This document shows, piece by piece, positions 24,653-38,501 of a stretch of DNA of 64,000 nt. Where the stretch lies: NCBI GenBank assembly GCA_964016885.1, contig CAXHJY010001741.1:1-64000 (forward strand), in the 5' to 3' direction. Source of the stretch: Eledone cirrhosa (taxonomy: Eukaryota). Under the pieces are notes generated by a model, which saw only the letters and a program-made list of their open reading frames with translations, was not told the origin of the DNA and searched no databases. A program made the position numbers and the translations under genes. How positions within the stretch are numbered: position 1 is the first letter of the stretch; every line of letters begins with the position of its first letter.

Positions 24653-25200
24653 GTAATGAGCTCATAATTGTAAAGTGGTGGGTTCGGTCCTAGAACCGAA
24701 CGGTGCGTTGTGTCCTTGAGCACAGAATTTCATTTCATGTCATTTCATGTTGGGATCTTTTACTCATACTCGCTTAACACCACATAAAACTGGTATAAAC
24801 GCCGGCTTGATTTAACTCAACGCTCATAAGTTCTTTCCGATAGGCGAGGAAATTCAATCATAATCGCACGCGGTGTGTATGAATGTATGTATGTAATGAG
24901 CTCATGATTGTAAAGTGGTGGGTTCTGTCCCAGAACCGAGCGGTGCGTTGTGTTCTTGGGCACAGAATTTCATTTCATTTCATGTTGTTCCAGTTCACTC
25001 AGCCAGAACAATGAGCCAGGAGCAGTTGCTGGTGGTTCAATCTTGTACTAGATCAATCAGTCTTTTTACTCATACTCGCTTAACACTCTATAATAAAACT
25101 GGTATAAATACCGTCTTGATTTAACTCAACGCTTATAAGTTCTTTTCGATAGGCTAGGAAATTCAATCATAATCGCGCGTGGTGTGTATGAATGTATGTA
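24653..25200 (+). repeat. Tandem duplication (~240-300 bp) of a SINE-B-related segment plus adjacent sequence
   Basis: GTAATGAGCTCAT...GTGTATGAATGTATGTA occurs twice, the first copy with an internal deletion. Confidence 0.75.
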
Positions 25201-25914
25201 CGTTTCTGCGTCAATATTTATGTTTACGGGTGTGTCGATTTTGTGTACATTCATGCAAAAAAAAAAAAAAGAAAAAAACAGAAAGAAGTTTAAAAAAAGT
25301 ATTGTACTGGAGTCTATATCGATTAAAACACTTCAATGCTGCACCTCATTATTAATTATGCATAAACATATCGTATATGTCTCTATATACAATCACGCTA
25401 AGTTAGTGCTACTGATAATTGATCCTAACCAGTCAACGTCACACTATATGCAGAAGTTATATATACAGAAAGTGTATAAGCTATAGCTTATATAATTTTT
25501 GTGTATAAACCAGTACTGAGGGTGTAAACGCCACTGATGATGTGTGAAAATCCTGAAACAGTAGTGTCTGTCTTTCCCACACAGCTACTGAGATAGCTGT
25601 GACATGATCGCGAGTTAAAACATTTATAGTGAGGCTTATATATGATTATTATACATGAACATTAAAAGGCGAAAGATTTATCGGCTCGGGGTGAGAAGAA
25701 ACAAGAATAGAGTTACAACCCTTTACGTTCTGAGTTCAAATCCCGCCAAAGTTAGCTTTGCCTTTCATCATTACAGGGTCGATAAAATAAAGCACCGGTA
25801 ATGCACGATTTTCCCCTGCCTCAAAATTGTTGACCTTGTGTCTATAGTAGAAATCATTATGCATGAACATATCGTATATGTTTCCATATATACCTCTATT
25901 ATTATGTTTGGTTG

Positions 25915-26097
25915 TATCGGTGGAGGGTCAGACGCCATGCTTTCCAGCATAGAGTTATGTCCCTTTACGGTCTGAGTTAAAATCCCGCCGAGGTTAACTT
26001 TGCCTTTCATTCTTACGATCTTACGAGGTCGATAAAATAAAGTCCCAGTAATGCACTGGGATAATTGCTGGCCTTGTGCCAAAATTAGAAACAATTG
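25915..26097 (+). mobile_element. SINE-A copy (diverged neighbour at 25675-25860)
   Basis: Consensus match. Confidence 0.85.
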
Positions 26098-26302
26098 TTG
26101 TGTGTGTGTGTGTGTGTGTGTTTATTTACGTACCGTAACCTAGCGGTTCGACAATAGAAAGCGATACAATCAGTACCGAAGTTAAACAAAATAAGTGCAG
26201 GAGTCTATACGATCGACTAAAAATGTCAAGGTGTTGCCCCAAAATGGCTGTCGTCTAATGACTGAAATCAGTAAAACAATAAACGAATACATATATGCAC
26301 GT

Positions 26303-26371
<69 letters not shown>

Positions 26372-26748
26372 CATACACAGATATATTCATGTTTCACTCT
26401 GCATTTGTCTTCCTGTTCACTCTCTTTTTTTTTTTTTTATCTCTCTCGATCTGTCTATCGTTCCATCTTTTTATTCGTCACTATCACTCTCTGATCTCTA
26501 ACTGACTGTCTGTCAGCCTGTTTGTCTGACTGCCTGCTTGTCCTCATTTCCCTCTCTCTCTATCTGCTTTGTCTATCTACGTACCTATCTATTTATTTGT
26601 CTGTCTGTTTGTCCACTTTATCTACCAGGGAATCTATCAATCTATCTCGCTGTGTGTATGCGCACGCTCTTGTTTGTGTGTGTGTCTCTCAGCTTGTCTA
26701 CTTTGCCTGCATGTCTATTTGCTTGTCATTCTATGTGTACATACTTTG

Positions 26749-26822
<74 letters not shown>

Positions 26823-27232
26823 CATCTGTTTGTCTGTCTCCTTGTCTCTGCCTGTTTAATCTCGCAGTGAATCTCAGTATATTTCGCTATCTGACTCCCT
26901 ATCTATATGAATAAAGATATCTATATGAATATGCATGTGTATGTATATATGCATGCGCACGCGCACGTCTGCCGCTCTAAATGTCTGTTTGTATGTTTGT
27001 CTTCATATCTGTTGGTCTGTCTGTCTTTCTGTCCGTCTGTCTGTCTGTTCTGATCATTATAAAGTGGGATACAGAAAGGAGCTAGAGACACACAGAAATG
27101 AAGCAGCAGAGAGAAAATACTCCCAAAACAACTGGAAAATTAGCAGACGACAGTTGGCTATTCCTTCTGTCTCTCATATATATATATATTTGAACACCGT
27201 CTGATGGATACTACTGCTGATGATGATGATGG

Positions 27233-27300
<68 letters not shown>

Positions 27301-27579
27301 GTGGTAGTGGTGTTGTTTACTCCCAGCTCAACTGTGATTGTGTATAGATCTATGGTCTAAGGCGTTCCACCCGTGACAACAATTTTTGTTTTCAATATAT
27401 CTAGGACTACACATACCGGCTTTTCTAAGACGATAGGCTGTGATTTTAGGATGATTCGACTGTTATTTCTAGCATGTTGTGTGGCCACATGGAAGCCCCA
27501 TTATTCATGATGATAATGTTGATGATCATCATCATAGTGATACCTGTACAATGAAAAACGGTGAAGATCATACCCCCCA

Positions 27580-27584
27580 CGACG

Positions 27585-27647
<63 letters not shown>

Positions 27648-27670
27648 GCTGCTGCTACTGCTGCTGCTGT

Positions 27671-27760
<90 letters not shown>

Positions 27761-27866
27761 CAATACTACTACTACTAGTAATACTACTACTATTACTATT
27801 ACCACCAACACCACAACCACCACCAATACCACTAGCACTGCTACGACCACCAGTATCATCTCATAT

Positions 27867-27935
<69 letters not shown>

Positions 27936-28210
27936 TTACTACTACTACAACCACCGTCAACAGCACCGCCATCACCACCACCACCACCAACTTCAAAATC
28001 ATTACCATCAATACTACTACTACTACTACTACTACTACAACCACCACCACCACCATCACCACCACCACATCATCAGTCCACCACCAACACCACCACCAAC
28101 AACAACTTCAAAATCATTACCACCAATACTACTACTACTACTACTACAACGACCACCACCACCACCACCACCAACACCACCAACAACAACTTCAAAATCA
28201 TTACCACCAA

Positions 28211-28258
<48 letters not shown>

Positions 28259-28480
28259 AACCACCACTACCACCACTACCACCAACACCACCACCAACAC
28301 CAACACCACCAACAACAACTTCAAAATCATTACCACCAATACTACTACTACTACTACCACCACTACCACCACCACCACCACCACCACCACCACCACGACC
28401 AACACCACCACCACCACCAACACCACCAACAACTTCAACATCATTACCACCACTATTACTACTGCTGCTGTTACTGCGTC
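27580..28480. repeat. (ACT)n/(ACC)n low-complexity tract with recurring AACTTCAAAATCATTACCA spacer
   Basis: Direct observation. Confidence 0.9.
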
Positions 28481-28935
28481 TTATCTGTAATGACAATCAG
28501 CCGGTTGTTATCAGATTGGCGATCAAACCTCTCCTTATCTGATTCCAGCGCCAGTTACATATCTATAGGCGCTATCGTTGAAAAATTTGTGTCAAGTCCT
28601 ACATTATTACCTCAACCCACTTCTGACTAGGCTAGCCTTGCCTCCTACTTCTCCTCCACATTTCATCCCCTCCCACTTCCTCCGGTCCTCCGCTGCCTCC
28701 TACTTTCCTTCATTTTCTATTTTATCCTTTCTTTTTTTCTTTTTTTTTTCCATCGTTTTTTTTTTTTATTTATTGCTTTTTATTTATTGCTTTTCTGTAT
28801 TTATGTTGTTTGTTTGTTTATTTATTTGTTTGTTTGTTTGCTTGCTTCTTATATTTCTTGTTTTACTTTTCATTCTCTCTTTCGTCCTTTATTTCGTTTT
28901 TTTTTTATTTATAATCTATATTTTGCATCTCTCTC

Positions 28936-28990
<55 letters not shown>

Positions 28991-29004
28991 AGATGTATAT
29001 ATGT

Positions 29005-29072
<68 letters not shown>

Positions 29073-29083
29073 ATGTAGATGTA

Positions 29084-29141
<58 letters not shown>

Positions 29142-29142
29142 C

Positions 29143-29174
<32 letters not shown>

Positions 29175-29209
29175 ACATATATATATACACACATGTAGAT
29201 GTATATATG

Positions 29210-29250
<41 letters not shown>

Positions 29251-29274
29251 GTACATATATATATATATGTACAC

Positions 29275-29310
<36 letters not shown>

Positions 29311-29354
29311 ACATATATATATACACACACACATATGTATGTATATATATGTAC

Positions 29355-29385
<31 letters not shown>

Positions 29386-29507
29386 TATGTATGTGTATAT
29401 ATACATATGCTTACACACACACATAGTTTTATGTACACCATCTGTTATTTTATCTATCTTCCAATCTACCTATCTATACCTCCATCTATTCATCCATCCA
29501 TCCTTTA

Positions 29508-29586
<79 letters not shown>

Positions 29587-29592
29587 CAAACA

Positions 29593-29624
<32 letters not shown>

Positions 29625-30294
29625 CATCCATCCATCCATCTATCTACCTACCTACCTACCTACCTACCTACCTACCTACCTACCTACCTACTTACCCACC
29701 CAACTACCTACCTACCTACATCTACCTACCTATCTATCTACCTACCTAACCAGCTATTTATCTATCTATTTCTAATCTATTTCTTGGCCTATAATTTCCC
29801 GGTTTTCTTTTCTCTTGTTTGTCTGTTTAAGCCATTTTGTCACGTTTGTTTATTAAATGTCAAAGAAGTTGTGTTTTCTTCTCCGTTGCCATGAACTCCT
29901 AACCAACCACCCGCCAACCAACCAACCAACCAACCAACCAACCAACCAACCAACCAACCAACCAACCAACCAACCAACCAACCAACCAACCAACCAACCG
30001 ACCAACCAATCAACCAACCAGCCAGCCAACCAGTCAGGAAGTCAGCCAGCCAAATAACCAGCATCAGCATTATTAGAACACGAATCAAAAGAAAGCTAAA
30101 CATCTCCACATCAACAATAACAGCAACGGGAACAACTATAAGAACTAAACGAATAAATAAATAAATAAATAAATATATAAATATATAAATATGTAAATAT
30201 AAATAAATGAAGGCACAAATATGTATGTGTAAATAGAAAGTACACCAATTAATTCTCTCTCTCTCCATCTCTTCCCCCCTCTCTCTCTCTCTCT

Positions 30295-30359
<65 letters not shown>

Positions 30360-30549
30360 AAGAGAGAAAATGTATAAATACCACCATATTACATTGACAG
30401 TAGGCTTCCTAATGATTTCTCCCGAATGAAAGAGTTCTAGTCCTGTAGAAGCCATTTCTATATTAAATATATATACTCTGCTATGTATTGAGTACCTTAT
30501 TTACCGTGGTTACCCCCGATTGAACTCGAGATAAACACACGCACACACG

Positions 30550-30583
<34 letters not shown>

Positions 30584-30585
30584 TG

Positions 30586-30616
<31 letters not shown>

Positions 30617-30796
30617 GGAGAGAGAGTCCGCGGTGCTGAGACCGAGGAGACCACTAATCATGTGAGTACTCGATACAAGGGGAGATGTAGAGTGGGTATA
30701 GAGATATGTAAAATACCGACCGCGGCGCTGAGCGATTTCGGTTTGTGGGTTCAGCAAAAAGAAACAACTTAGCGCCGCGGTCAGGATTTTATATCA

Positions 30797-30883
<87 letters not shown>

Positions 30884-31024
30884 AGTTTATGTACAAGTTC
30901 TATTTAAATTGTTGGGATACAACAAGCAAATATTTTTATAACTGATATAAAGCACTCAACAAATTATTGGAGTAAAAATACGATATATTAACAAATGGAA
31001 ACTATATTTATAAAACCATATTTA

Positions 31025-31085
31025 TTTCATTATACATATTTCAAGGACACCAAGTTAAATTATAGTGTGCTTTCATCAGATAAAA
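31025..31085 (-). ncRNA. Type I minimal hammerhead ribozyme (mirror copy)
   Basis: Reverse complement of 31245-31305. Confidence 0.75.
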
Positions 31086-31244
31086 TATAATATAGATCAG
31101 TTTTATAAATAAATATTGACATACCCTTAAAGAATGCGACCATTTCTGTTGGAAGCTCCCGAAATATCCGGGAGCTTCCAACAGAAATGGTCGCATTCTT
31201 TAAGGGTATGTCAATATTTATTTATAAAACTGATCTATATTATA

Positions 31245-31305
31245 TTTTATCTGATGAAAGCACACTATAATTTAACTTGGTGTCCTTGAAATATGTATAA
31301 TGAAA
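31245..31305 (+). ncRNA. Type I minimal hammerhead ribozyme
   Basis: UUUUAU-CUGAUGA-AAGCACAC(14 nt)GUGUCCUU-GAAA-UAUGU-AUA-AUGAAA. Confidence 0.75.
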
Positions 31306-33599
31306 TAAATATGGTTTTATAAATATAGTTTCCATTTGTTAATATATCGTATATAAGTTTATGTATTTGTTTTGCAAAATTCTTGATGTGAAATCGTGTG
31401 TTGAAACAGATATTGTTATATTTGGGAATGCCAATTTTGCCAATAAAAGCACACACGATTTTCACTTCAGCTCTATTATTAGTTACCAAGCATTGTCTGG
31501 ATGATTCCTTCCTTTTTTTTCTCTGGTTCCTATTGAAACCTTTAGTTTCTTCATTTCCTAGACGACCATTTTCTTCAGCCAAATCAGGACGAGGGCATCG
31601 TGCCGAGGAAAGAGCCCGACAAGGTGGAATGGGTGAGGCAACAGGTATCGCTGACTGTTCTTTACAAAAGCGCCTTCGCAATTTTGTCTGCGAGGCGCAA
31701 CAGAGATATACTGTTCAGCCAAAGATGTTGAGTTTTCCCTCGTCTCAGTTCTCCCCCTTTTTTTCTTTCTTTTCGTCATTCATAAACTAAAGAGGTTATA
31801 CATATACTAGAGTCAGGAGTAGAATTCACTCACTCGTTTGATAGAATATATGAACGGAATAACAGCACTCCACCACCACCACAGCCAGCATCTGATGTTA
31901 AACACCGACACACTTGATAGTTCAGTCAACCGATCCTATAAGGGACCGGAAACTCTTTAATAAGTTCATTTCCCTCTGCTAATTTTAAAAGCTTTTCATG
32001 TTGCGCAGCCCTCCCTAATCAGCCGTGCTCCAACAGAGACCTATAACACTTAGGTGGGTGGGTGGGTGAATGTATGGATACGATATACATTTCCAACTTC
32101 CATATTAGTTTTTGAAGATGACAGGCCCGATCTTGTTATTTAGCCCCAGGTCGCTAAACACCAAGAGCTACAGTTTTCTTTCATACAAAGTGTATCTAAT
32201 TTTACACTATACTATGTGTCCAGAATTCTTTGTTGTAGTAGGCTGTAATTTCAGTGGGGTGGGGATGCTTTTAATTCTAGCACGTTGTTCAGCCATGCAG
32301 ACAATTCAAAATACCGCTTAAGTATTGATATCAATTTATATACCTATAATGCATCCTAGATCTGGACGTATAACTGAAGAAAAGGTAAGCCTCAAACAAA
32401 TGTGTGTGTATGTGGGGGGGGGGGGGAATTGGCAGAGTTATCAAAGCGGCGAAGACAATAATTTGCGGTGTTCGTTCCGGTTCTCTGCGCTCCAAGAGTT
32501 CAAATCCCGCCGAGTTCAACTTTGCTTTTCATTCTTTCGAGGTCAATAAAAAGTACCAGTCCAGTATTGGGTTCAAGTCTTCCTTTATATCTCTTTTTCA
32601 TTTCTTTATTCTCACATTCTCCTTCTCTGGAAGAAATCGGTTGTATTCCGACCTGGTGAGGGGATGGGTTCCGCCAGGTTTAAAGAGCTCAAGATAGGCT
32701 CTGTGTCAGCACGGCACCCTTACGACTCCATCAGGAATTACTCATCCGTACATACATATATGCACGTAGCTTTCCAACAGAAGGAAGGAAAACGGTGTGA
32801 GATACAAGAAAAAGGTTATTTAGTGATCATAAGAGGGGAACTAGTTTCGGTATGAGGCAAAAATAAAGAGATCAAGAGAGAGGGAACGCTATATCAACAC
32901 TCAAACAAATTACACTTTCCTTCTCCCTCACACCGTCACTTCCCGCTTAACCTGAAAGGTCTTTTCTTTCTCCTTCTTTTACATTTCCTTCCATGTCATA
33001 ACGTACGTACAGCATACACACATATGCTCCATGGCAGTAAACATGGCATGTTGGCTACGTCAAATAACCTTAAAACTAACGTAAAAAAAATGTATGCTGT
33101 GTTGCCCTTATCGAATATATGCATTCTATTACTAAGTGTTCTTTAGTTCAAAATGATTTGAGTGCCAAAATAACTCTTTTCTACTTGAAAAAATAATGAA
33201 ATATTGATGTATTATTTATTCCTGCAATCTAAAATAAACTTAGCAGTTCCAAATTTTGTTTTTAATTTCTTTTTACAGAACATCTATTTTTGAAAATTCA
33301 ATTTGTAATTTTTTCTGGGACGGTGTTGAAGGTACACAATAGTTTGACACCAGAACTGAGTACACTACACTTTATACCTAACTTACACTGTATTGGTGTT
33401 AATGAAATTCATATTTTATACCAATACGTAAATGTGAGTTCCGCCTGTCACAATGTTGATTATATTTCTAAATGCAGGTCTCTAATACTAAAGTTCAGTA
33501 GCTGACAATGGAGAGGGAAGTGGATACTGGTGTGTTCTTGGAGCGATGAAACTAGTCGGTTCGATCTTCTTTCCAAGCTGCTGAAAAAAACAACAAAAT

Positions 33600-33741
33600 A
33601 AAAATGAACATTGAGGTCACCATAGAAGCGACGGAAAAGGAATGTGGGGAATTTAAGAATTAAAGAGGCTTTAATGATCAATACACAGAAGCCAGAAATA
33701 ATCATTAGATCAGAACTACATGAAGCAGCGTGGCTTCTATG
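33600..33741 (+). pseudogene. GIY-YIG C-terminal remnant of a separate Penelope-like element
   Basis: Frame reads LRIKEALMINTQKPEIIIRSELHEAAWLL*. Confidence 0.5.
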
Positions 33742-35528
33742 ACTGCTCTACTCGTGTGTAATCACCATACTTGGACCTTATTACTATATTAATGTCGTCT
33801 ACGTAACGAGAGTACATGATGAGGTCTATGGAGCTCTCATCAAGGAGATCTTTGAGTCTCGTTTCCCACCATACCATAAAAAGGTTGGCAACGTTACCAG
33901 CTACGCTGATGCCAATTAATATAATAATAAGGACACCCCCACAAGAGAGTACTAACAAGTATGATTTAGAATGTAGCACAATGGAAAGCATCCAGCAGAT
34001 AGCTAATTCCATACACCAGAGTATAACTGTAACTATCGACTATCCTTCCAAGCACCCTAACAGTAGACTACCTGTATTAGACACGGAACTCTGGATTAAC
34101 ACTATAGATGAGAGGGCCCAAATTCTCCACTCAAACTACGCTAAACCCATGGCCTCCAAATACCTGATACTCAAAAACTCAGCAATGTCCAGTAGTGCTA
34201 AGTTTAATATTCTGATCGCAGACTTGGTATGAGTGATGAAGAAGTGTCCCGCATGTGCGACCCAACAGAAATGGAAAGACACATCCAGCACTTCATCAAC
34301 TGCACGCAGTTCTCTGGCTACAACCAAAGAGACAGAATCAGCGTATACGAAGAGCCACAAGAAGTATAAGACCCTCATAGAACTGGACATGAAAGGAATT
34401 TGCCCATTATACAGGAGCAAATCATGGAATAGCTTAGATAGGGCTAGACATAAGATAGGGAAAGCCACCTCATGGTACGACAAACCAGAGATACCAAAGT
34501 GTCATGTTCGTGGACGCTACCCCTGGAGGGAAATTAGCTAACCAGTGTAGAAAGGCCCTGAGAAAGACCCACTTAAAGATTAAGGTGGTAGAAAAGCCAG
34601 GAACTACCATAAAATCCCCGATCAGCAAAACATACCCTTTTAGGAAAACCCACTGTACTAATAGGAAATGTATTATATGTAAAGTAAACCCCCGGATAAA
34701 CTGTAAAACTAGAAACGTAGTCTATAGCATAAGATGTACAGAGGGTACTTGCAGAAACATGACAACAACATACATAGGCGAGACAGCTCGTAGCATAGGT
34801 GAAAGGATAGACCAACACTGGGGCGAACTAAAAGGACGAAAAAACGGTCCAGTACTATACGAACACGCCAGACAACAACACGACGGTAACATAGACAACA
34901 TAGAAATTAAAATAATATCTAAACATAGAAATGACCCAGCAGATAGGCAAATCAGAGAGGCAAGTGAAATAGAACTTAGAAGGCCAAAGCTAAACAGAAA
35001 AAATGAATGGAATAACAACAAAACGCAAACAAACAATACTGACCTAAGAGAAATATAAATAAATAAATAAATATATACACAAGCACAATAACAACAAACA
35101 CATATAAACACAGACTCGTAAATTAAGATAGAATACAATAACCAAAACACAGTCACCCAAACGCGAACACACACCAAACACTATACACACACGCAAACGC
35201 ATGCGCAGAGAAGAAGACAAAAATAAATAAATAAATAAATAAATAAACATTAAATAAAGATGGCGTAGATATACAATACAACAGGAGGAACATAATAATA
35301 CCACCACTGACGATGTTGCAGATGTGCAACGAAAGATCTTTGTTAGATTATATATATGTGTTTGTGTCTATATTATATCTGTATTTTTTACCGTTGGTCA
35401 GTCAATGGTAAACATTGAGGAGCGAATAAATTAACTGATATAAAAGATACAGAAGCGAAAACCAACCAAACAGTGAGTGTGTTCTGTTATTAATTCCGGC
35501 AATATTATTACAACAATATGACCCGCCC

Positions 35529-35531
<3 letters not shown>
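33740..35531 (+). mobile_element. 5'-truncated Penelope-like element (RT thumb, Cys-rich linker, GIY-YIG) with inverted RT segment
   Basis: Minus 33740-33920 encodes ANLFMVWWE..RYVDDI. Plus strand continues IDYPSKHPNSRLPVLD, FVDATPGG, CTNRKCIIC, NVVYSIRC..YIGETAR. Degenerate hammerhead at 35307-35350. Confidence 0.9.
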
Positions 35532-35585
<54 letters not shown>

Positions 35586-35826
35586 CAAAATGTTATATTG
35601 ATTATGAAAGCTTGGTAGCTGATTCTAAGTAAACCATGGAATTTCTGCAAGATTAGCTAAGATTAAATACACATGGATATGACTACATTGTGTATTTAAC
35701 ACTAAAATCATATCAAATGGTTTGAGATTTAGTGTAGACCTCTCTTATTAACTCTTAACAACTTTCTCAAATCCACAAATATACTTTAATAATAGCGGTT
35801 GATCATTTGATATAATTGTGTTATGT

Positions 35827-36143
35827 CAAGGGTCGGGAATCTACGGCTTCGGAGCTATATGTGGTTCCTTAGTTTATCTCGAGTAGCTTGTAAGCGCTCT
35901 TAAAATTGTTTTGTTTCCATTTTATTAATTCTGCAATCTTGTATTAAAATAAAAGCCGCAACTCATGACCCGGATGTTACGTCAATTTCAAAAAGCGTGT
36001 TGAGCAAGAAAAACAAACAACTAAACTGGCGTTTTATTGTATGTATATTGGTTTATAATGAAATATGCGGTTCGGATAGTCTCAGTATTGATTTCTTTAG
36101 CAGAAAAATGGCTCTTCAGATTGGAAATTTCCCCCCAGCCCTG
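35827..36143 (+). mobile_element. hAT/Charlie-like non-autonomous DNA transposon remnant
   Basis: Decayed termini CAAGGGTCGGGAATCTACGGCTTCGGAGC and GGCTCTT...CCCCAGCCCTG; no clear TSD. Confidence 0.45.
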
Positions 36144-36519
36144 TGCTTACTATGTGGAGCTGAATTTCTATTGTCTCTTTGTCCTTTGGCGATTTATTTT
36201 TGGTGGTGCTTGTATGTCTCTATGGCAACAGAGTTAACACGCACACACATTCATGTACATGCTGCAAATGAAGGATGAATTGGTTACTGTTGTCCTGTTT
36301 GTATTATGTAAACATAAGACGAGATGGTTATGACCGGAACGCTTTCATTATAAGAGCTAAACAACAAGAGGAAATTTTACGGGTCTTCGTAACAATAAGG
36401 ATGTGATGGTTGACATTAGAAGCAGAAATAAAAAAAAAAAAAAAAAAAATTAGAATAATGATGGGTTTGCTGCTGAGTGCAGGAAGGAAAATCAGTACTG
36501 CAAAAACTGAGACACTCAA

Positions 36520-36710
36520 CCTCTCGAGGAGGGGAAAGTCGATTAAACCGACCCCAGGTGCGTGACTGGTACTTTATTTTATCGACCCTGTAAGGGTGAA
36601 AGGCAAAGTTAACCTCAGCGGGATTTGAACTCAGATCATAAAGTGCCGAAACTCTATGCTAGAAAGCATGGCGTCCGACCCTCTACCGATCCAGCTAATC
36701 CACCGCCCTA
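36520..36710 (-). mobile_element. SINE-A copy
   Basis: Consensus match. Confidence 0.88.
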
Positions 36711-37818
36711 ATCATATTAATATTAATAGTAATAAATGATGATGATGGAATCCGTAATACTTCCGTGAAGCACATAACTGGTGAAGTTACAGCAGAAATC
36801 TACATATAACAGTTAAAGTATGAGTTGTCACATATTTCGTTTTGCTAAGCGCTGTTAGAGGACAAAGGGCAGGACTTGTGACACAATTTAGGACCTTCTA
36901 CACTGGCGTGAAATGGCGGCGAATTGGCAGTGATTAAGGGGTCAGATGAAAAAAACTTCGGTATTTATTCCGGCTCAAGTCCAGCAGAGGTCAACTTTGC
37001 CTTTCATTTTTCGAGGTCGATAAATAAATTTTTATTTCAGAATTGGAGTTTAGAATGTCGAAGACATGTCGGGTAATCAGAACAACGCCCCCAACTATTT
37101 CGTCAGAAGTTAAGGTTCATTATCTTACCTTACCCAATCTGGCGAGAGAAAAGAAGAAAGTTATTTTCGTACCAAAGACACTGCCTTAGCTTTTGCACCA
37201 GTTCGCTGCCTTAGTTGATTTACTCGTATTGTTGAAATCATGACTTAGTGATATTGTTCTTGTCGCTAAGCCGCATGCTAGCCTTTATCGAACAGACATA
37301 AATACAAAGGCATTCCATCCGAAACTATTCCGTATTTTATATTTAAATTCATAGTAGTTATTTCCCGTTAGTGGTGTTCGTAGTGATGTTGTTGGTGATG
37401 GTAGTCGTTTGGTGGTGGTTTTGGTGGGTGCTGGTGGTTGTAGTGGTGTTGTTGGTGGTGTTGGTGGTTGGGTGGTGTTAATCGTCTTGATGTTGGTATA
37501 CATGGTGGTGGTGGTGTTGATGGTAGAGTTTGTGTTGGTGTTAGTGACGATACTGGTAATATTGGTTCTAAAGAGAAGAAAAGATTGTCTGATGGCAAGG
37601 TTTATCAAATGAGGACAACTAAAAAGTAGAATATTTCCTAATAAATTATATTTGTTTTAGGATTAGCATCGTAAGCCTGACGATAGGATACAATGTCACA
37701 GGTTCTCTAAGAATCTGGTTACTGATAAAACACGTATACGCCTTCTCCCTATTTAAGAGAGCCTTTTATCTAACAGCCTGTTTACCTATCTATCTATTCT
37801 TCTATCTGAGTATGTATA

Positions 37819-37939
<121 letters not shown>

Positions 37940-38029
37940 TTATATATATATATATGAAAATATTCAGGACCCCGACGGCTGAGCTCGGGCCGTTTCGACA
38001 GCTAGATCCGAACACACACACATACACAC

Positions 38030-38127
<98 letters not shown>

Positions 38128-38307
38128 GAAAATGTATGACCCCGACGCGTCCAGAAATAGCCGTCGAAAGGGCTTGAGCTCTGCCGTCGGGGTCATACAT
38201 TTTCCTATTACCCACTCTACTACCCTAAGTATTGAGTACTCTGGTGCGTTATGGTCCATCTGATTCCTTACCACAATTCCTTCGTTATATATGTATATAT
38301 ATATATA

Positions 38308-38381
<74 letters not shown>

Positions 38382-38399
38382 TGTGTATGTGTGTGTGTA

Positions 38400-38501
<102 letters not shown>

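Larger units (their letters stand above)
30894..31350. mobile_element. Fold-back hammerhead element (HH-A relative) with 15-bp target-site duplication
   Basis: 184-bp inverted arms at 30978-31161 and 31169-31352; ATATAAGTTTATGTA repeated at 30879-30893 and 31351-31365. Confidence 0.9.

Noticed and set aside
27446-28496. Thr-rich 309-aa mucin-like ORF and its antisense poly-Val ORFs
   Set aside because: Pure (ACT/ACC)n with frame slippage into poly-Leu and poly-Pro; open in several frames; no splice or domain evidence.
31265-31790. Overlapping 130-138 aa ORFs of ordinary composition
   Set aside because: No recognisable domain; they run into repeat termini and are probably part of a decayed element.
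34230-34232. In-frame TGA in the Penelope-like ORF as possible selenocysteine (as in Naiad elements)
   Set aside because: It falls where Arg is expected (LVR motif, CGA to TGA decay), the copy has other frameshifts, and the linker Cys positions are ordinary Cys codons.
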